This document shows, in pieces, positions 37,601 to 48,058 of a stretch of 64,000 bases of DNA (within the stretch, counting starts at the first letter, position 1; every line of letters begins with the position of its first letter). This DNA is from an uncultured Pseudomonadales bacterium (lineage in GTDB: Bacteria > Patescibacteriota > Microgenomatia > UBA1400 > MFAQ01), in assembly GCA_964487665.1 (NCBI GenBank), contig CAZARR010000002.1, positions 8,597 to 72,596 of the forward strand. Direction: 5' to 3'. Position numbers and translations under genes: made by a program. The notes under the pieces are model-generated. The model was not told the DNA's origin. It worked only from the letters and a program-made list of their open reading frames with translations, and did no database searches.

Positions 37601-38584
37601 CTACCCCGTTGAGGATACTACTCTCAAGCTCTTCTTTAGCCACCGATCAATCTCATGTCTTCGTAATAAACCATTTTTTGCGCCATATTTTGTTACCTCG
37701 CTACCTCCGTTAGCCAACCCCATTTTCAATAAAATTTCGTCAGTTTTTCCTTCCAAAACTCCAGCAATCACCCCCGAACAAAACCCATCGCCAGCCCCAG
37801 TATCGTCTATTGATTTCAATGGAAATGCAGACATTTTTATTGTCACACCGCCAGAAACAATACACGCTCCCCTTGCCCCATCCGTTACAGCAACCTTGTT
37901 TACACCCCAATCTTTGGTCTTTCGAATTATTTCATCCCAATTTTCATATTGCTCACCGGTCAAATCAGCAGCCTCTAACCTATTCAAGATCACTATTTTG
38001 ATTTTGGGAAACAACTCCAACAATTTTTCCCTCTTCGTAATCTCTTTTTTACCAGGATTAATACTCACTCCAATTCCTTTCTTTGCCGCGTACACTACCA
38101 AATCCTCGAGCAAACCAATGTCCCCACCCAAACTCGCAATATGAATCCAGTCCACCTTGCTCACAAAATCCCAATTTATGTCATTTGACTTAATTTCCGC
38201 ACTTGCTCCCCTGTAAGTAATGATCGACCTTCCTCCTTTTGGCCCAACCAGAACCACCGATATCCCCGTCGAAATCTCGCTTTCCTGTACCAAATCCATG
38301 TTTACCTTTTCCGTCTCCAAGTTATTTTTAATCATTTTTCCGAAACCGTCTCTTCCCACACACACTATTGGGGCACACAACAAACCCAAGCGAGTCAAAC
38401 CCACAGCAACATTCGTTCCCGCGCCGCCCACAGCCATCTCCATATGATCGATCTCCATTTTTCCCCCATATACTTCACAGAGCGCCACGCCCCCCTCTAC
38501 CTCGTGACTTTTTAGTATTCTAAACAAATTTGACCTCATGATCATGTCCACTATTGCTGAGCCCACCACCACTACTTTTTTCAC
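37601..38584 (-). CDS. PfkB-family carbohydrate kinase (ribokinase-like)
   Basis: C-terminal DTTGAGD-type motif DDTGAGDGFCSGVIAG and an N-terminal GG dipeptide region. Confidence 0.85.
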   Translation of the reverse strand: MKKVVVVGSAIVDMIMRSNLFRILKSHEVEGGVALCEVYGGKMEIDHMEMAVGGAGTNVAVGLTRLGLLCAPIVCVGRDGFGKMIKNNLETEKVNMDLVQESEISTGISVVLVGPKGGRSIITYRGASAEIKSNDINWDFVSKVDWIHIASLGGDIGLLEDLVVYAAKKGIGVSINPGKKEITKREKLLELFPKIKIVILNRLEAADLTGEQYENWDEIIRKTKDWGVNKVAVTDGARGACIVSGGVTIKMSAFPLKSIDDTGAGDGFCSGVIAGVLEGKTDEILLKMGLANGGSEVTKYGAKNGLLRRHEIDRWLKKSLRVVSSTG

Positions 38585-39519
38585 CTTGTTCTCCTGCTCA
38601 TAGCCTCCACCAAAGTTTTGGCGATACTATTAACATCCATACCGTACTTTCTTCTCAACTCGTTTACCGTACCACTTTCTCCAAAACAATCTGGCATTCC
38701 CACTCTGGTTACGAAAACGGGCCAACTTTCACCACACACTTCCGCTACCGCCCCACCCAACCCGGCAACAATACTATGCTCCTCAATAGTTACCACCTTC
38801 CCTGTTTTTTTTACACTTCCTATGAGCACATGGTTGTCGAATGGTTTAATACTCGACACATTTATCACCTCAACACTGATCTTTTGTTCTACCAATTCCG
38901 CCACCTCTAGTGCTACCTCTACCATTGATCCGCACGCTACCAAAGTGACATCCTTACCACTTCTCAAAATATATGCGCGCCCTCCTTCTATCACTCCGTT
39001 TGTTACTATTGAGCCTGGCTCCTTGCTGATCCTAATATAAACCGGCCCCGGACAGTTGACGGCTTCAACGGGCACCTGTTTTGCCTGTGCATAGTCTGCA
39101 GGTACAAGAACCGTCAAATTAGGCATTACCCTGGTTATGGCAATATCCTCAAATGCTTGTTGATTTGCCCCGTCTCCGCCATTACCAAATCCCGCATGTG
39201 CACCAATGATCTTTACATTTTGCCTTGACAAACAAACCGAAATCCTCATCTGTTCCCAGTTTCGTCCCGGATTAAAAACAGCAAACGAAGCCACAAACGG
39301 GATCAATCCTTCGGCCGCCATCCCCGCAGCCACCCCCATCATGTTTTGTTCGGCGATTCCCATCTCGAAAAACCTATCCGGGTACAATTTCTTAAACTCA
39401 AGCAGTCTTATGCTCTCCGCCAAATCAGCACACAACACTACAATCCGAGAATCTCTTTTGGCTATTTCACACAATCCCTCACTCAAACCATCCCGCATGG
39501 ATACCTGACCGCTAGTCAT
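38581..39519 (-). CDS. transketolase, C-terminal (pyrimidine-binding) subunit
   Basis: FEMGIAEQNMMGVAAGMA and the C-terminal domain; it overlaps the N-terminal subunit gene, the usual split tkt arrangement. Confidence 0.9.
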   Translation of the reverse strand: MTSGQVSMRDGLSEGLCEIAKRDSRIVVLCADLAESIRLLEFKKLYPDRFFEMGIAEQNMMGVAAGMAAEGLIPFVASFAVFNPGRNWEQMRISVCLSRQNVKIIGAHAGFGNGGDGANQQAFEDIAITRVMPNLTVLVPADYAQAKQVPVEAVNCPGPVYIRISKEPGSIVTNGVIEGGRAYILRSGKDVTLVACGSMVEVALEVAELVEQKISVEVINVSSIKPFDNHVLIGSVKKTGKVVTIEEHSIVAGLGGAVAEVCGESWPVFVTRVGMPDCFGESGTVNELRRKYGMDVNSIAKTLVEAMSRRTR

Positions 39520-40360
39520 AGCTTACCTTTCCCGACAAGGTTCTAATTTCTCTAAGTTGCATCAGCGCTTCAACTGCTTCACCTATTTTTGGAACCTTAC
39601 CATGCCAAGGAAACTGATTTTCCATAAAAGAAATCCCCTTTCCTGGTGTCGTGTGCAATACTAGGATTTGTGGCTTATCAGGTACCAAAGCCGCGGCATC
39701 GATCGCCTCTCCTATTTTTGACACACTGTGTCCATCAACCTCCCTGACCCACAAATTAAAGGCTTCATATTTACCAGTCAAAGGCTCCATCGGCCAAATT
39801 TCTTCCGAGAACCCATCTAATTGGATATTATTTCGATCCACCACAAAAGTGAGATTAGCCAATTTATACTTTGCCGCAGCCACGTATGCTTCCCACACCT
39901 GCCCCTCATCCTGCTCACCATCCCCCATAAAACAGATTACTCGCCATCTTTTTTTCATGATTTTTCCTGCCAATGCCATTCCAACAGCTTGACTGGCACC
40001 TTGGCCCAAAGAGCCACTACTAATCTCAACTCCCGGCAGTAGATGATTAATTGGATGGCCCTGCAAACGACTCCCTAGCTGCCTCAACGTTAATAACTCA
40101 CTCTGATCAAAAAAGCCCGCCAAGGCCAAACTGGCGTACAAAACTGGAGCATAGTGACCTGCGCTCAACACTACCCGATCCCTATCTTCCCACCAAGGAT
40201 TATCTGGTTTTACCGCCACTTTTCCGCCAAAATACAACGTAGCCCAAAAGTCCGCCGAACCTAACGGACCAGCTGTGTGTCCTGACCCAGCATTGGTCAA
40301 CATTTTAATTATCTCTAGCCGGATTTCCCCAGCTTTCTTTTCCACTAATCCGCTATCCAT
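39512..40360 (-). CDS. transketolase, N-terminal (thiamine-diphosphate-binding) subunit
   Basis: GSGHTAGPLGS and the GDGEQDEG TPP-binding motif. Confidence 0.9.
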   Translation of the reverse strand: MDSGLVEKKAGEIRLEIIKMLTNAGSGHTAGPLGSADFWATLYFGGKVAVKPDNPWWEDRDRVVLSAGHYAPVLYASLALAGFFDQSELLTLRQLGSRLQGHPINHLLPGVEISSGSLGQGASQAVGMALAGKIMKKRWRVICFMGDGEQDEGQVWEAYVAAAKYKLANLTFVVDRNNIQLDGFSEEIWPMEPLTGKYEAFNLWVREVDGHSVSKIGEAIDAAALVPDKPQILVLHTTPGKGISFMENQFPWHGKVPKIGEAVEALMQLREIRTLSGKVSYD

Positions 40361-40362
40361 AA

Positions 40363-41001
40363 CTAATTATCAATAAATGCCATTTCCGGCTTGGTCGTAT
40401 CGACCATCGGAATTTTCTGTCGGCTTCCCAGCTCCTTGTCAAATTGTTCTAAATAAGAGATAACCATTTCTGGTGTGGTAGCTATCCTATAAACTCTTAA
40501 GGCACCCGGTCTTGCGTCTCCGATTAACAAATTTTTTACCAAAGCCTCTGTAACTTCGTGCCAAAAACTGCCATAAAAAATAATTGGCTTGTGGTGTCCA
40601 AAATAAAGATACGCCAAACCCCATGCCATACCCAGCTCAGACAACGTACCCGTTCCACCATTCATAATCACATAAGCATTACCCAACTCCAGTAACTTCA
40701 TCGTTCGATCGACATAATTATCCATCACGACTTCCTTATCAGCCTTGTTGTTTGGGTCTTTACCTTCAAAGTTCTCGATATATTTAGGATAAAACGTTGC
40801 TACCATTACTCGCCCCGACCCTGCATGCGCCCCCTCAGTCGCTGCCCGCATTACTCCCGGCCCACCACCATTAACAACACCCAACCCATTCCTTGCCAAC
40901 TCCTTTGCTACTGCAAATGCATCTTTGTACAACTCACTTCCAGGCTGAGCATTAGCATGACCAAAAATCGTTACTGCTTTAATATTTACAAACTTCATCA
41001 C
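40363..41001 (-). CDS. LOG-family protein (TIGR00730; cytokinin riboside 5'-monophosphate phosphoribohydrolase-like)
   Basis: GGGPGVM and MNGGTGTLSEL (PGGxGTxxE) motifs. Confidence 0.8.
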   Translation of the reverse strand: MMKFVNIKAVTIFGHANAQPGSELYKDAFAVAKELARNGLGVVNGGGPGVMRAATEGAHAGSGRVMVATFYPKYIENFEGKDPNNKADKEVVMDNYVDRTMKLLELGNAYVIMNGGTGTLSELGMAWGLAYLYFGHHKPIIFYGSFWHEVTEALVKNLLIGDARPGALRVYRIATTPEMVISYLEQFDKELGSRQKIPMVDTTKPEMAFIDN

Positions 41002-41012
41002 TTACCATCTTA

Positions 41013-41699
41013 TCACTCGTGAACAACTAGACTGGTTAGCCTGGTCCACTCGTTCTGTATATTTACCGCTTTCAGCAAATGACTACCAACCACAAACTCC
41101 ATTCCCGCAAACGAATAATCCAACTCATCCTCTCGCATTTCTTCGTCCCACTCAGCTGCGATACACCACTTAATTTTTTCCTCATCTAGCCCTCCGTCAA
41201 TTACCAAATGAACTCGTTTTGACCATTCTCTCACTCTCTTTATTCTCGCCAAAACACGTTGATCAAATCCCCCTCCCTGCTCACCCATAGGCGCACCCAT
41301 CAATAACACTGCATCCACGTCATCGATTATTTTAGTCAAAGGTTCCAAGTCGGTCTCTAATCCAAATGCCAACCCTATTTCCAGCCCCAGAGCTTGACCA
41401 TCTGCGACAAAAGAAGTTACACTGTCCATCTCTTCAATCTGCCCAAACACCCTCTTGACTCCTGCTTTCCTCACATGACCCAAATACTGCTCTGGCTTAC
41501 TAACCATCAAGTGGATATCCCACTCCGCCTCAGAATAACTGTCTAGGTACTCCAACCCCACCGTTTTTCTTGCTGCAAACACCCCGTCAATCACGTCCAG
41601 CTGAATGCGATTAGTCACTTGAATGCATTTATCTACCTCTTCTCGAAATTGGCTAACATTATCCGCTAATATTGCTGGAATTACTTTTACCAAATTCAT
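41013..41699 (-). CDS. rpe: ribulose-phosphate 3-epimerase
   Basis: IPAILADNVSQ, QLDVIDG and HLMV motifs of the Rpe TIM barrel. Confidence 0.9.
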   Translation of the reverse strand: MNLVKVIPAILADNVSQFREEVDKCIQVTNRIQLDVIDGVFAARKTVGLEYLDSYSEAEWDIHLMVSKPEQYLGHVRKAGVKRVFGQIEEMDSVTSFVADGQALGLEIGLAFGLETDLEPLTKIIDDVDAVLLMGAPMGEQGGGFDQRVLARIKRVREWSKRVHLVIDGGLDEEKIKWCIAAEWDEEMREDELDYSFAGMEFVVGSHLLKAVNIQNEWTRLTSLVVHE

Positions 41700-42136
41700 A
41701 CAATTCTCTTTAACTTTTCTAATCTTCGCACGAACCTCTCTACCCCAGAAAATTCAGTTTCCAAAAACACACGCGTATACTCGACTGCCTCCTGCTCGCG
41801 AACAAAATCTCCCGGTAGCGACAAACAATTAATATCGTCGTCGTTACGAGCCGACCGCACCACCTCCACGCTAAAACCCAATCCACAGCGCATCCACCTA
41901 AACCTATTAGCCACGATCTGCATTCCCACCCCATTTCTACAAATCAATATACCTCGAGCCAATCGGTCATCTCGCATCTTCAAAGCTACTGCTTCGGCCC
42001 AGTCCACATAGTCGTCATCTCCAACTTTGGCAAAATCACCACAGTCAACTGTCTCATAACCATTCAGGCCTAACCACTCTAAAAGCTTGCCCTTCAACTC
42101 AAAACCCCCATGGTCTGCACCCAAAAAGACCTTCAT
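41696..42136 (-). CDS. rpiB: ribose-5-phosphate isomerase B
   Basis: MKVFLGADHGGFELK and CRNGVGMQIVANR (CGTGxG) motifs; 146 aa. Confidence 0.9.
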   Translation of the reverse strand: MKVFLGADHGGFELKGKLLEWLGLNGYETVDCGDFAKVGDDDYVDWAEAVALKMRDDRLARGILICRNGVGMQIVANRFRWMRCGLGFSVEVVRSARNDDDINCLSLPGDFVREQEAVEYTRVFLETEFSGVERFVRRLEKLKRIV

Positions 42137-42155
42137 CTTTCCATTCTAACAAATT

Positions 42156-42452
42156 TTAGTCAAACCCCAACTCCGCTTTTGCTTCGTCACTCATCATATC
42201 CGGCACCCATGGTGGATCCCAAATTAGTTCTGTCCTTACATCACCTATACCCTTCACTTTTTTTACTTCCGTTTTTACCATGATATCAATCATGCTTGCC
42301 AGTGGACAACCAGGCGATGTCAAAGTCATCCTTACCACCGTGTCACCACTCTTTCTTACACTGATCTTATAAATTAACCCCAAGCTGACAATATCAATCC
42401 CCAACTCGGGATCCACCACCCTCCTCAAAGCTTGTTTTATCTCTTTAATCAT
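42156..42452 (-). CDS. DUF59/MIP18-family Fe-S assembly protein (SufT-like)
   Basis: VVDPELGIDIVSLGLIY and the TSPGCP motif; 98 aa. Confidence 0.75.
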   Translation of the reverse strand: MIKEIKQALRRVVDPELGIDIVSLGLIYKISVRKSGDTVVRMTLTSPGCPLASMIDIMVKTEVKKVKGIGDVRTELIWDPPWVPDMMSDEAKAELGFD

Positions 42453-43135
42453 CGTTTAAACAACCACCCACCAACCACTAGCATTAATGCTCCTAGTATC
42501 AACCTAATCCACCTTTCACTTTTGTGCTCCCATTCCTTCAATAGCATTAGCTCTTTGCCCCTCTCTACCAATATCAACACTACCACCAAGGGAGACACAA
42601 ACACAACGTTGTAATACAAAAATAACATTAGCAATTTAGGAATCCCCAAGCCAGAGTTTGCAATAGCTATAGCAGTTCCCACATAAAGGGGCATCATACA
42701 CGGGGACCCCATCAAAGTTGTCAGCATCCCTGCCAAAATCGCCACATACACATTCGACCGTGACATCAAACGCCCAAACTGTTTATCCAACCCCTCTGGC
42801 ATCCGCACCTTTAACGATGAGTCAGGCCAAAAACCACCAATCAATTGCAATATTCCAAAAAAGATTACTCCACCTCCAGCAATCCGAAACAAATACCTTG
42901 CTAACACTGTTCTTTGCAAAAAAAAGGCCAAGTTGTAAAAAAACAACCCTACCAATAGATAAGACATAAACACGCTAGCAATATAAATCAAACCCAACCG
43001 AAGTACTCTCGACTGCCCCTTTTTATTCTGTACCCCAAAAACCAGCAGGTATCCCAAAAACATCACCATTAGCCCTATACCACAAGGGTTTAGACCACCC
43101 AACAATGCCGAAACTGTCAAAGTAGCGACGTTCAT
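42449..43135 (-). CDS. ccdA: cytochrome c-type biogenesis protein CcdA / DsbD-beta-like membrane thiol-disulfide transporter
   Basis: Two conserved Cys in TM segments (GGLNPCG and GSPCMMP) of a 6-TM protein. Confidence 0.85.
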   Translation of the reverse strand: MNVATLTVSALLGGLNPCGIGLMVMFLGYLLVFGVQNKKGQSRVLRLGLIYIASVFMSYLLVGLFFYNLAFFLQRTVLARYLFRIAGGGVIFFGILQLIGGFWPDSSLKVRMPEGLDKQFGRLMSRSNVYVAILAGMLTTLMGSPCMMPLYVGTAIAIANSGLGIPKLLMLFLYYNVVFVSPLVVVLILVERGKELMLLKEWEHKSERWIRLILGALMLVVGGWLFKR

Positions 43136-43767
43136 CTCGTCTTAAGTTTTTCCTTTACTTTAGAAAGCACCAGATTACTCGCAACCATTTCTCCATCTAT
43201 ATAAAAAGTAGGTGTGCCCGATAACCTGATTCTATTACCCAAATTAATATCCTCATTTACCGCACTTGCCACATCTTCCGACTTCTGTTTTGCCACAAAA
43301 TCGCTTTCTACCATGCCTAGACCGGTAGCATAACCAACGACCGCTCGATCAAGCTTATCTCCATCCAAACTTTCCCACTCGCTTTGTTTGTCAAACATTA
43401 CTTCCAACATATCCCATCCCTTCCCCAACTTTGTGGCTGCCTCAACCGAACGAGCTCCAAATAACGAATTCTTGTGAACAGTCGTCAACGGATAATGTCG
43501 GTAGACAAACGTCACTCCAGCCATCGTCCTTAGCTCCTTTCCTATTGGCTCGGCCGTCTTGCAAGCTGGGCACTGAACATCAGAAAACTCCACTACCAAT
43601 ACTTTCTCCTGTCCATTTTTACTTACTAACCTCGCCCCCGTTACCAAATCGTCGCTAATTTTCGCCACCCCCCCGTCTCCGGATAATCGTGACAACCCCA
43701 CCACCACCAGGACTACCACTAGCAAGCTTCCAAGTAATACCCCAATAGTCAATTTCAAATTAATCAT
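43132..43767 (-). CDS. DsbA-family thiol:disulfide oxidoreductase, membrane-anchored (canonical domain order)
   Basis: TM anchor, VVEFSDVQCPACK active site, RHYPL, then LSGTPTFYIDGE cis-Pro loop near the C-terminus. Confidence 0.8.
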   Translation of the reverse strand: MINLKLTIGVLLGSLLVVVLVVVGLSRLSGDGGVAKISDDLVTGARLVSKNGQEKVLVVEFSDVQCPACKTAEPIGKELRTMAGVTFVYRHYPLTTVHKNSLFGARSVEAATKLGKGWDMLEVMFDKQSEWESLDGDKLDRAVVGYATGLGMVESDFVAKQKSEDVASAVNEDINLGNRIRLSGTPTFYIDGEMVASNLVLSKVKEKLKTR

Positions 43768-43818
43768 TACTTTCTATTATATTCGTTACAGCTCGTCTGA
43801 ACATATTAACACAGACAA

Positions 43819-44505
43819 CTAGAAGTATTTCTCTGTTTTTATTGCCGTCTCCGGTACCCCCAAACCCACAAAGATCTTCGCGCAACTATATACCATCTCC
43901 CTTCCACCACACAGATAAACAATACTCTGTGAAAAATCACCAGACGACTTTGTTATCAAGTCCTGCACGTGTCCCACCTCTCCCGTCCATTTTTCATTTG
44001 TACCGGAAAGCACCATTTTGAAACCATCACCCAACATTTTTTCAAAATGCTCTTGCCAAAACAAATCCTTTTGATACCTCATCCCCCACCACAACCTAAT
44101 TCTAGCTTTTTTTGCTTCAGCCAACCCCCCAACCATCGAGCGAAAAGGGGCAATTCCGCTTCCTGTGGCCACGAAGATATACTCCGGCGCCGCTTCGAGC
44201 ACAAACGACCCCATCGGACCTAAAATTTCTACCTCTGACCCACTCTTGAGTGCTAGTATATATCTCGACCCGATTCCCATTGGTGACACGTCGATTAGCA
44301 GTTCTACTTCTTTTCCTCCCGGTCTACTACATATTGAATAAGACCGCCTGTCACCGCTTTTGCTAACCAACAAGCTCACATATTGTCCAGGAGAAAAATT
44401 GAATTCTTCAGCTAAATCCAATCTTATCAGCCAATAATTTCCCGCCAGTAGCCTTTTGCCCGCCACTCTCGCCCAGATTTTTTTTACCCTAGTTTTTTCC
44501 ATCAA
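43819..44505 (-). CDS. FNR-like FAD/NAD(P)-binding oxidoreductase
   Basis: RSYSICS (RxYS FAD-binding) and a GSGIAPF NAD(P)-binding motif; 228 aa; last gene of the suf string. Confidence 0.75.
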   Translation of the reverse strand: MMEKTRVKKIWARVAGKRLLAGNYWLIRLDLAEEFNFSPGQYVSLLVSKSGDRRSYSICSRPGGKEVELLIDVSPMGIGSRYILALKSGSEVEILGPMGSFVLEAAPEYIFVATGSGIAPFRSMVGGLAEAKKARIRLWWGMRYQKDLFWQEHFEKMLGDGFKMVLSGTNEKWTGEVGHVQDLITKSSGDFSQSIVYLCGGREMVYSCAKIFVGLGVPETAIKTEKYF

Positions 44506-44848
44506 ATATCTTACTCATGGCACGATAAAACAAGGTGGCGCATTTCATTCGCCCCAGACCTATTCCTCCCAGCATTTCAGACACACCTTTTTCCCCCAAA
44601 CTTAGTAAATCTGCCTTCCCCATCCCAATTATTTTTTCCGACAACATACTGGCGGCTGCAGTAGATATCACACACCCAACACCCCTCCACCCAACCTTTG
44701 CTACTTTTCCTTTATCAAACGTCACCCCCACCTCTACCATATCCCCACACGATGCGTTAGCCTCCCTAATCACCAGCTCCGCCCCAGCTAACTGCCCAAA
44801 ATTCCTCGGGTGTTTAGCGTGGTCCAAAATATTTTCACTATAATCCAC
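44489..44848 (-). CDS. sufU: SUF-system NifU-type Fe-S scaffold/sulfur-transfer protein
   Basis: HAKHPRNFG, ASCGD and a conserved Cys in the GCVIS region; 119 aa. Confidence 0.9.
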   Translation of the reverse strand: MDYSENILDHAKHPRNFGQLAGAELVIREANASCGDMVEVGVTFDKGKVAKVGWRGVGCVISTAAASMLSEKIIGMGKADLLSLGEKGVSEMLGGIGLGRMKCATLFYRAMSKIFDGKN

Positions 44849-44851
44849 TTT

Positions 44852-46126
44852 TCAACTGAATATTTTTTTAATTTTCCCGATCCCCAAAATCAAGGCGTCA
44901 ATTTCCTCTACTGTTGTATAAACATAGAAACTAGCCCTTACCATGGCCACTTCCCCGAAAGATGCCACGAGGGGCGCCCCACAATGTTGTCCGCTGCGCA
45001 CGGCGATTCCTTCACTATCCAAAACTTGTGCCGCATCATGAGCATGAACCTTACCCACGTTAAAGGTAATTACTCCAGATCGCCATTCTGAATTACGCAC
45101 ACCAAAAAGTCGAATCTCACCTCTATTTTCCAAATCAATAAACTTTTCTAGGGCATATTCGGTTAGATTCTTCTCATGTCTGCAAATTGCATCCATTCTC
45201 AAGGACGACAAGTAGTCAACCGCCCTCCCCAACCCCACAATACCGGCAATGTCCGGCGTCCCTGCCTCAAATTTATTTGGGACTTCAGCCCAGGTGGCCT
45301 TGGCCATCCCCACCTCGTTTATCATGTCACCTCCATACAAAAACGGCTCCATCTTCCTTAACAATTCCTCTTTTCCCCACACACATCCAATTCCCGTCGG
45401 CCCAAGCATCTTATGACCGGAAAAAACTAAAAAGTCCACTCCCAGTTTCTTGACGTCAACCTCTTTATGGGGGACCAACTGCGCCCCGTCTAGCACAATC
45501 ACAGCACCGGGAGCTTTTTTTCGCACCAGCCTCACCACCTCTTCTAACCTAGTAATACTTCCCAAAACGTTACTGACCGCACTCAAAGCTACGATCACCA
45601 CTTTCTCAGAGAGTAAATTATCCAAAGCTCCCAAATGTACACCATCAATCACTCTGGCTTTCTCTTCCATGAGTACCATCTCTCCATCACTATTGACGTT
45701 TACCATCGCCAACTTCAAACCCCGCTCCCTCGCCAGCTCCTGCCAAGGTACCAAATTCGAATGATGCTCCAGACGACTGACGACAATTTCCCTCCCCTTC
45801 GCCGCCACCCCCCTGCCATAACTATTTGCAATCAAATTCAAACCCTCACTGGCATTTCGCACAAAGATTACCTCATTCGTCTTCGCCCCAATAAACTTCG
45901 CTACTTTTTCTCTCGATTCATCCACCATCTTGGTAGCCTCAACCGAAAGAGTATGCACTCCACGATGGATATTCGCGTTATGATTTTCATAAAAGTCGAC
46001 AATACTTTCAATTACCTGCCGAGGTTTTTGGCTGGTCGCTGCGCTATCCAAATACACCAATTTTTTCCCGTTTACCCTTCGCTTTAGTATCGGAAAGTCT
46101 CCCCGAACTTTATCCACATCAAACAT
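44852..46126 (-). CDS. sufS: cysteine desulfurase SufS
   Basis: The PLP-lysine region SGHKMLGPTGIG, the RSGQHCA-like RSGQHCGAP catalytic Cys loop, and an N-terminal DSAATSQKP. Confidence 0.95.
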   Translation of the reverse strand: MFDVDKVRGDFPILKRRVNGKKLVYLDSAATSQKPRQVIESIVDFYENHNANIHRGVHTLSVEATKMVDESREKVAKFIGAKTNEVIFVRNASEGLNLIANSYGRGVAAKGREIVVSRLEHHSNLVPWQELARERGLKLAMVNVNSDGEMVLMEEKARVIDGVHLGALDNLLSEKVVIVALSAVSNVLGSITRLEEVVRLVRKKAPGAVIVLDGAQLVPHKEVDVKKLGVDFLVFSGHKMLGPTGIGCVWGKEELLRKMEPFLYGGDMINEVGMAKATWAEVPNKFEAGTPDIAGIVGLGRAVDYLSSLRMDAICRHEKNLTEYALEKFIDLENRGEIRLFGVRNSEWRSGVITFNVGKVHAHDAAQVLDSEGIAVRSGQHCGAPLVASFGEVAMVRASFYVYTTVEEIDALILGIGKIKKIFS

Positions 46127-46166
46127 AGGCTAATTCTAACACCACCAGTGCCAACCTCTAACTAAT

Positions 46167-46634
46167 TTAATCCCCCAAAAATCCTCTTATCAACATCTTC
46201 TCCGCCTCACTCCTGGTTAAGCCTCGGCCCATCATATAAAAGAGTTGGGCTTCATCCAAAGGCGCCACCGTCGCCGCATGACTTGCCTTTACCTGGTTAG
46301 CCTCAATCTCAAGTTTTGGCTCCACCTCCACGCTCGAGATATTGTCCAGCAAAATTGCTCGAACATCCAAAAAACTATCCACTCCATCTGCCCCCTTTCC
46401 AATTTTTATCATCCCAACAATTTTTACCTTTGCCCCCCCACCAGCTATCACCCGTACCTCCACCTTCGCCTTCGTATTTTCCACCCCGTGTTTAACTACG
46501 ATTTCAACTTGATAGTCGCCAATCTCCTCTGCCCTAACTATCGTTTCCAAAAACTTTTCCCCCCCAGGCACTTTCAACTCCATTGTCTTTCTTTTCGAAC
46601 CTGGTTTTGTTATTAGCCAACGAAGCTTACTCAT
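46167..46634 (-). CDS. sufD: truncated SufD-like protein (155 aa, C-terminal beta-helix and helical domain only)
   Basis: [65 protein letters not shown] aligns with the C-terminus of the adjacent SufB (...[36 protein letters not shown]). Confidence 0.7.
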   Translation of the reverse strand: MSKLRWLITKPGSKRKTMELKVPGGEKFLETIVRAEEIGDYQVEIVVKHGVENTKAKVEVRVIAGGGAKVKIVGMIKIGKGADGVDSFLDVRAILLDNISSVEVEPKLEIEANQVKASHAATVAPLDEAQLFYMMGRGLTRSEAEKMLIRGFLGD

Positions 46635-48058
46635 CCCACACTTCCTTCCATCTCTAATTCCACCAACCGGTTCATCTCTACCGCATACTCCAAGGGTATC
46701 TGTTTGATTATCGGCGCCAGAAACCCATTCACAATTAATGCTTCAGCTTGATGCTCATTTATTCCTCGGCTCATTAAATAAAACAATTGTTCTTCTCCCA
46801 CCTTCGATACAGTAGCCTCGTGTTCCAAGATTGCATCACTCTCCCAAATATTGTTGGTTGGATAGGTATCTGACCGGCTCAAGCTATCCAAAATTAAAGC
46901 GTCGCACACTACCTTGCTCCGGGCCTTAATCGCCCCCTTGTTAATTTTTACCAACCCCCGATAGCTCGCCCGCCCCCCATCCTTGCTTATTGACTTACTA
47001 ATTATCTGAGAACTTGTTTCGCTCCCCAGGTGAATCATCTTTGCTCCCGTATCCTGATGCTGTCCTGCCCCTGCAAAAGCAACTGACAGCATTTCTCCTT
47101 TCGCTCGTCGGCCCACCAAGATACACCCGGGATACTTCATCGTCAATTTACTTCCCAGGTTACCGTCGACCCACCTCATCTCCCCTTCTTCTTCCACCCA
47201 GGCTCGTTTTGTCACCAGGTTGTATACATTTCGATACCAGTTCTGAACCGTGGTATAGACTACTCTGGCCCCTTTCTTTACCACCACCTCCACCACTGCT
47301 GCATGCAACGATCCCGATGAATAAGCAGGGGCGGAACAGCCTTCCACGTAATGCACACTGCTTCCCTCATCAGCAATAATTAGCGTTCTCTCAAACTGCC
47401 CTGCTCTTTCAGCGTTAATCCGAAAATATGTTTGCAAAGGTAGGTCGACCTTTACCCCCTTTGGCACATACACAAAAGAACCACCAGACCACACCGCACT
47501 ATTCAAGGCAGCTAGTTTATTATCTCCCCTCGCCACCACTTTTCCAAAATATTGTTTAACCAATTCCGGATATTTTGCCAAGCCTTCATCCATCGAGGTA
47601 AAAATTACCCCCTTACTTTCCAAACTTTTCTTTAGTGATCCATAAATTACCTCGCTATCATATTGCGCCTTCACCCCAGCCAACACATCTCGTTCAGCCT
47701 CAGGCACCCCAATCTTCTCAAATGTTTTTCTGATATTCTCAGGTACATCCTCCCATTTACGCGAGACTCCTCCGGCTGGTCGTAGATAATAACAGATATC
47801 AGCAAAATCGATTCCCGACAAATCACCTCCCCATGTTGGTATAGGTAACTGCCCAAACCCAACCAGTGATTGCAAACGGTAATCAAGCATCCATTTCGGC
47901 TCTTTCTTTTCTTGCGACAACTGCCTAATCAACTCTTCCCCCAATCCCATACTAAGAATCTTTTCGTATTCAACTTTGTCCTTATGTCCCAGACTATAAC
48001 CATCCACCATATTTCCAACACCATTTGTATTTATCCCCACTTTTGAAAAGCGACTCAT
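46631..48058 (-). CDS. sufB: Fe-S cluster assembly protein SufB
   Basis: 475 aa with the SufB core and the C-terminal [22 protein letters not shown]; it sits between sufC and sufD. Confidence 0.95.
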   Translation of the reverse strand: MSRFSKVGINTNGVGNMVDGYSLGHKDKVEYEKILSMGLGEELIRQLSQEKKEPKWMLDYRLQSLVGFGQLPIPTWGGDLSGIDFADICYYLRPAGGVSRKWEDVPENIRKTFEKIGVPEAERDVLAGVKAQYDSEVIYGSLKKSLESKGVIFTSMDEGLAKYPELVKQYFGKVVARGDNKLAALNSAVWSGGSFVYVPKGVKVDLPLQTYFRINAERAGQFERTLIIADEGSSVHYVEGCSAPAYSSGSLHAAVVEVVVKKGARVVYTTVQNWYRNVYNLVTKRAWVEEEGEMRWVDGNLGSKLTMKYPGCILVGRRAKGEMLSVAFAGAGQHQDTGAKMIHLGSETSSQIISKSISKDGGRASYRGLVKINKGAIKARSKVVCDALILDSLSRSDTYPTNNIWESDAILEHEATVSKVGEEQLFYLMSRGINEHQAEALIVNGFLAPIIKQIPLEYAVEMNRLVELEMEGSVG

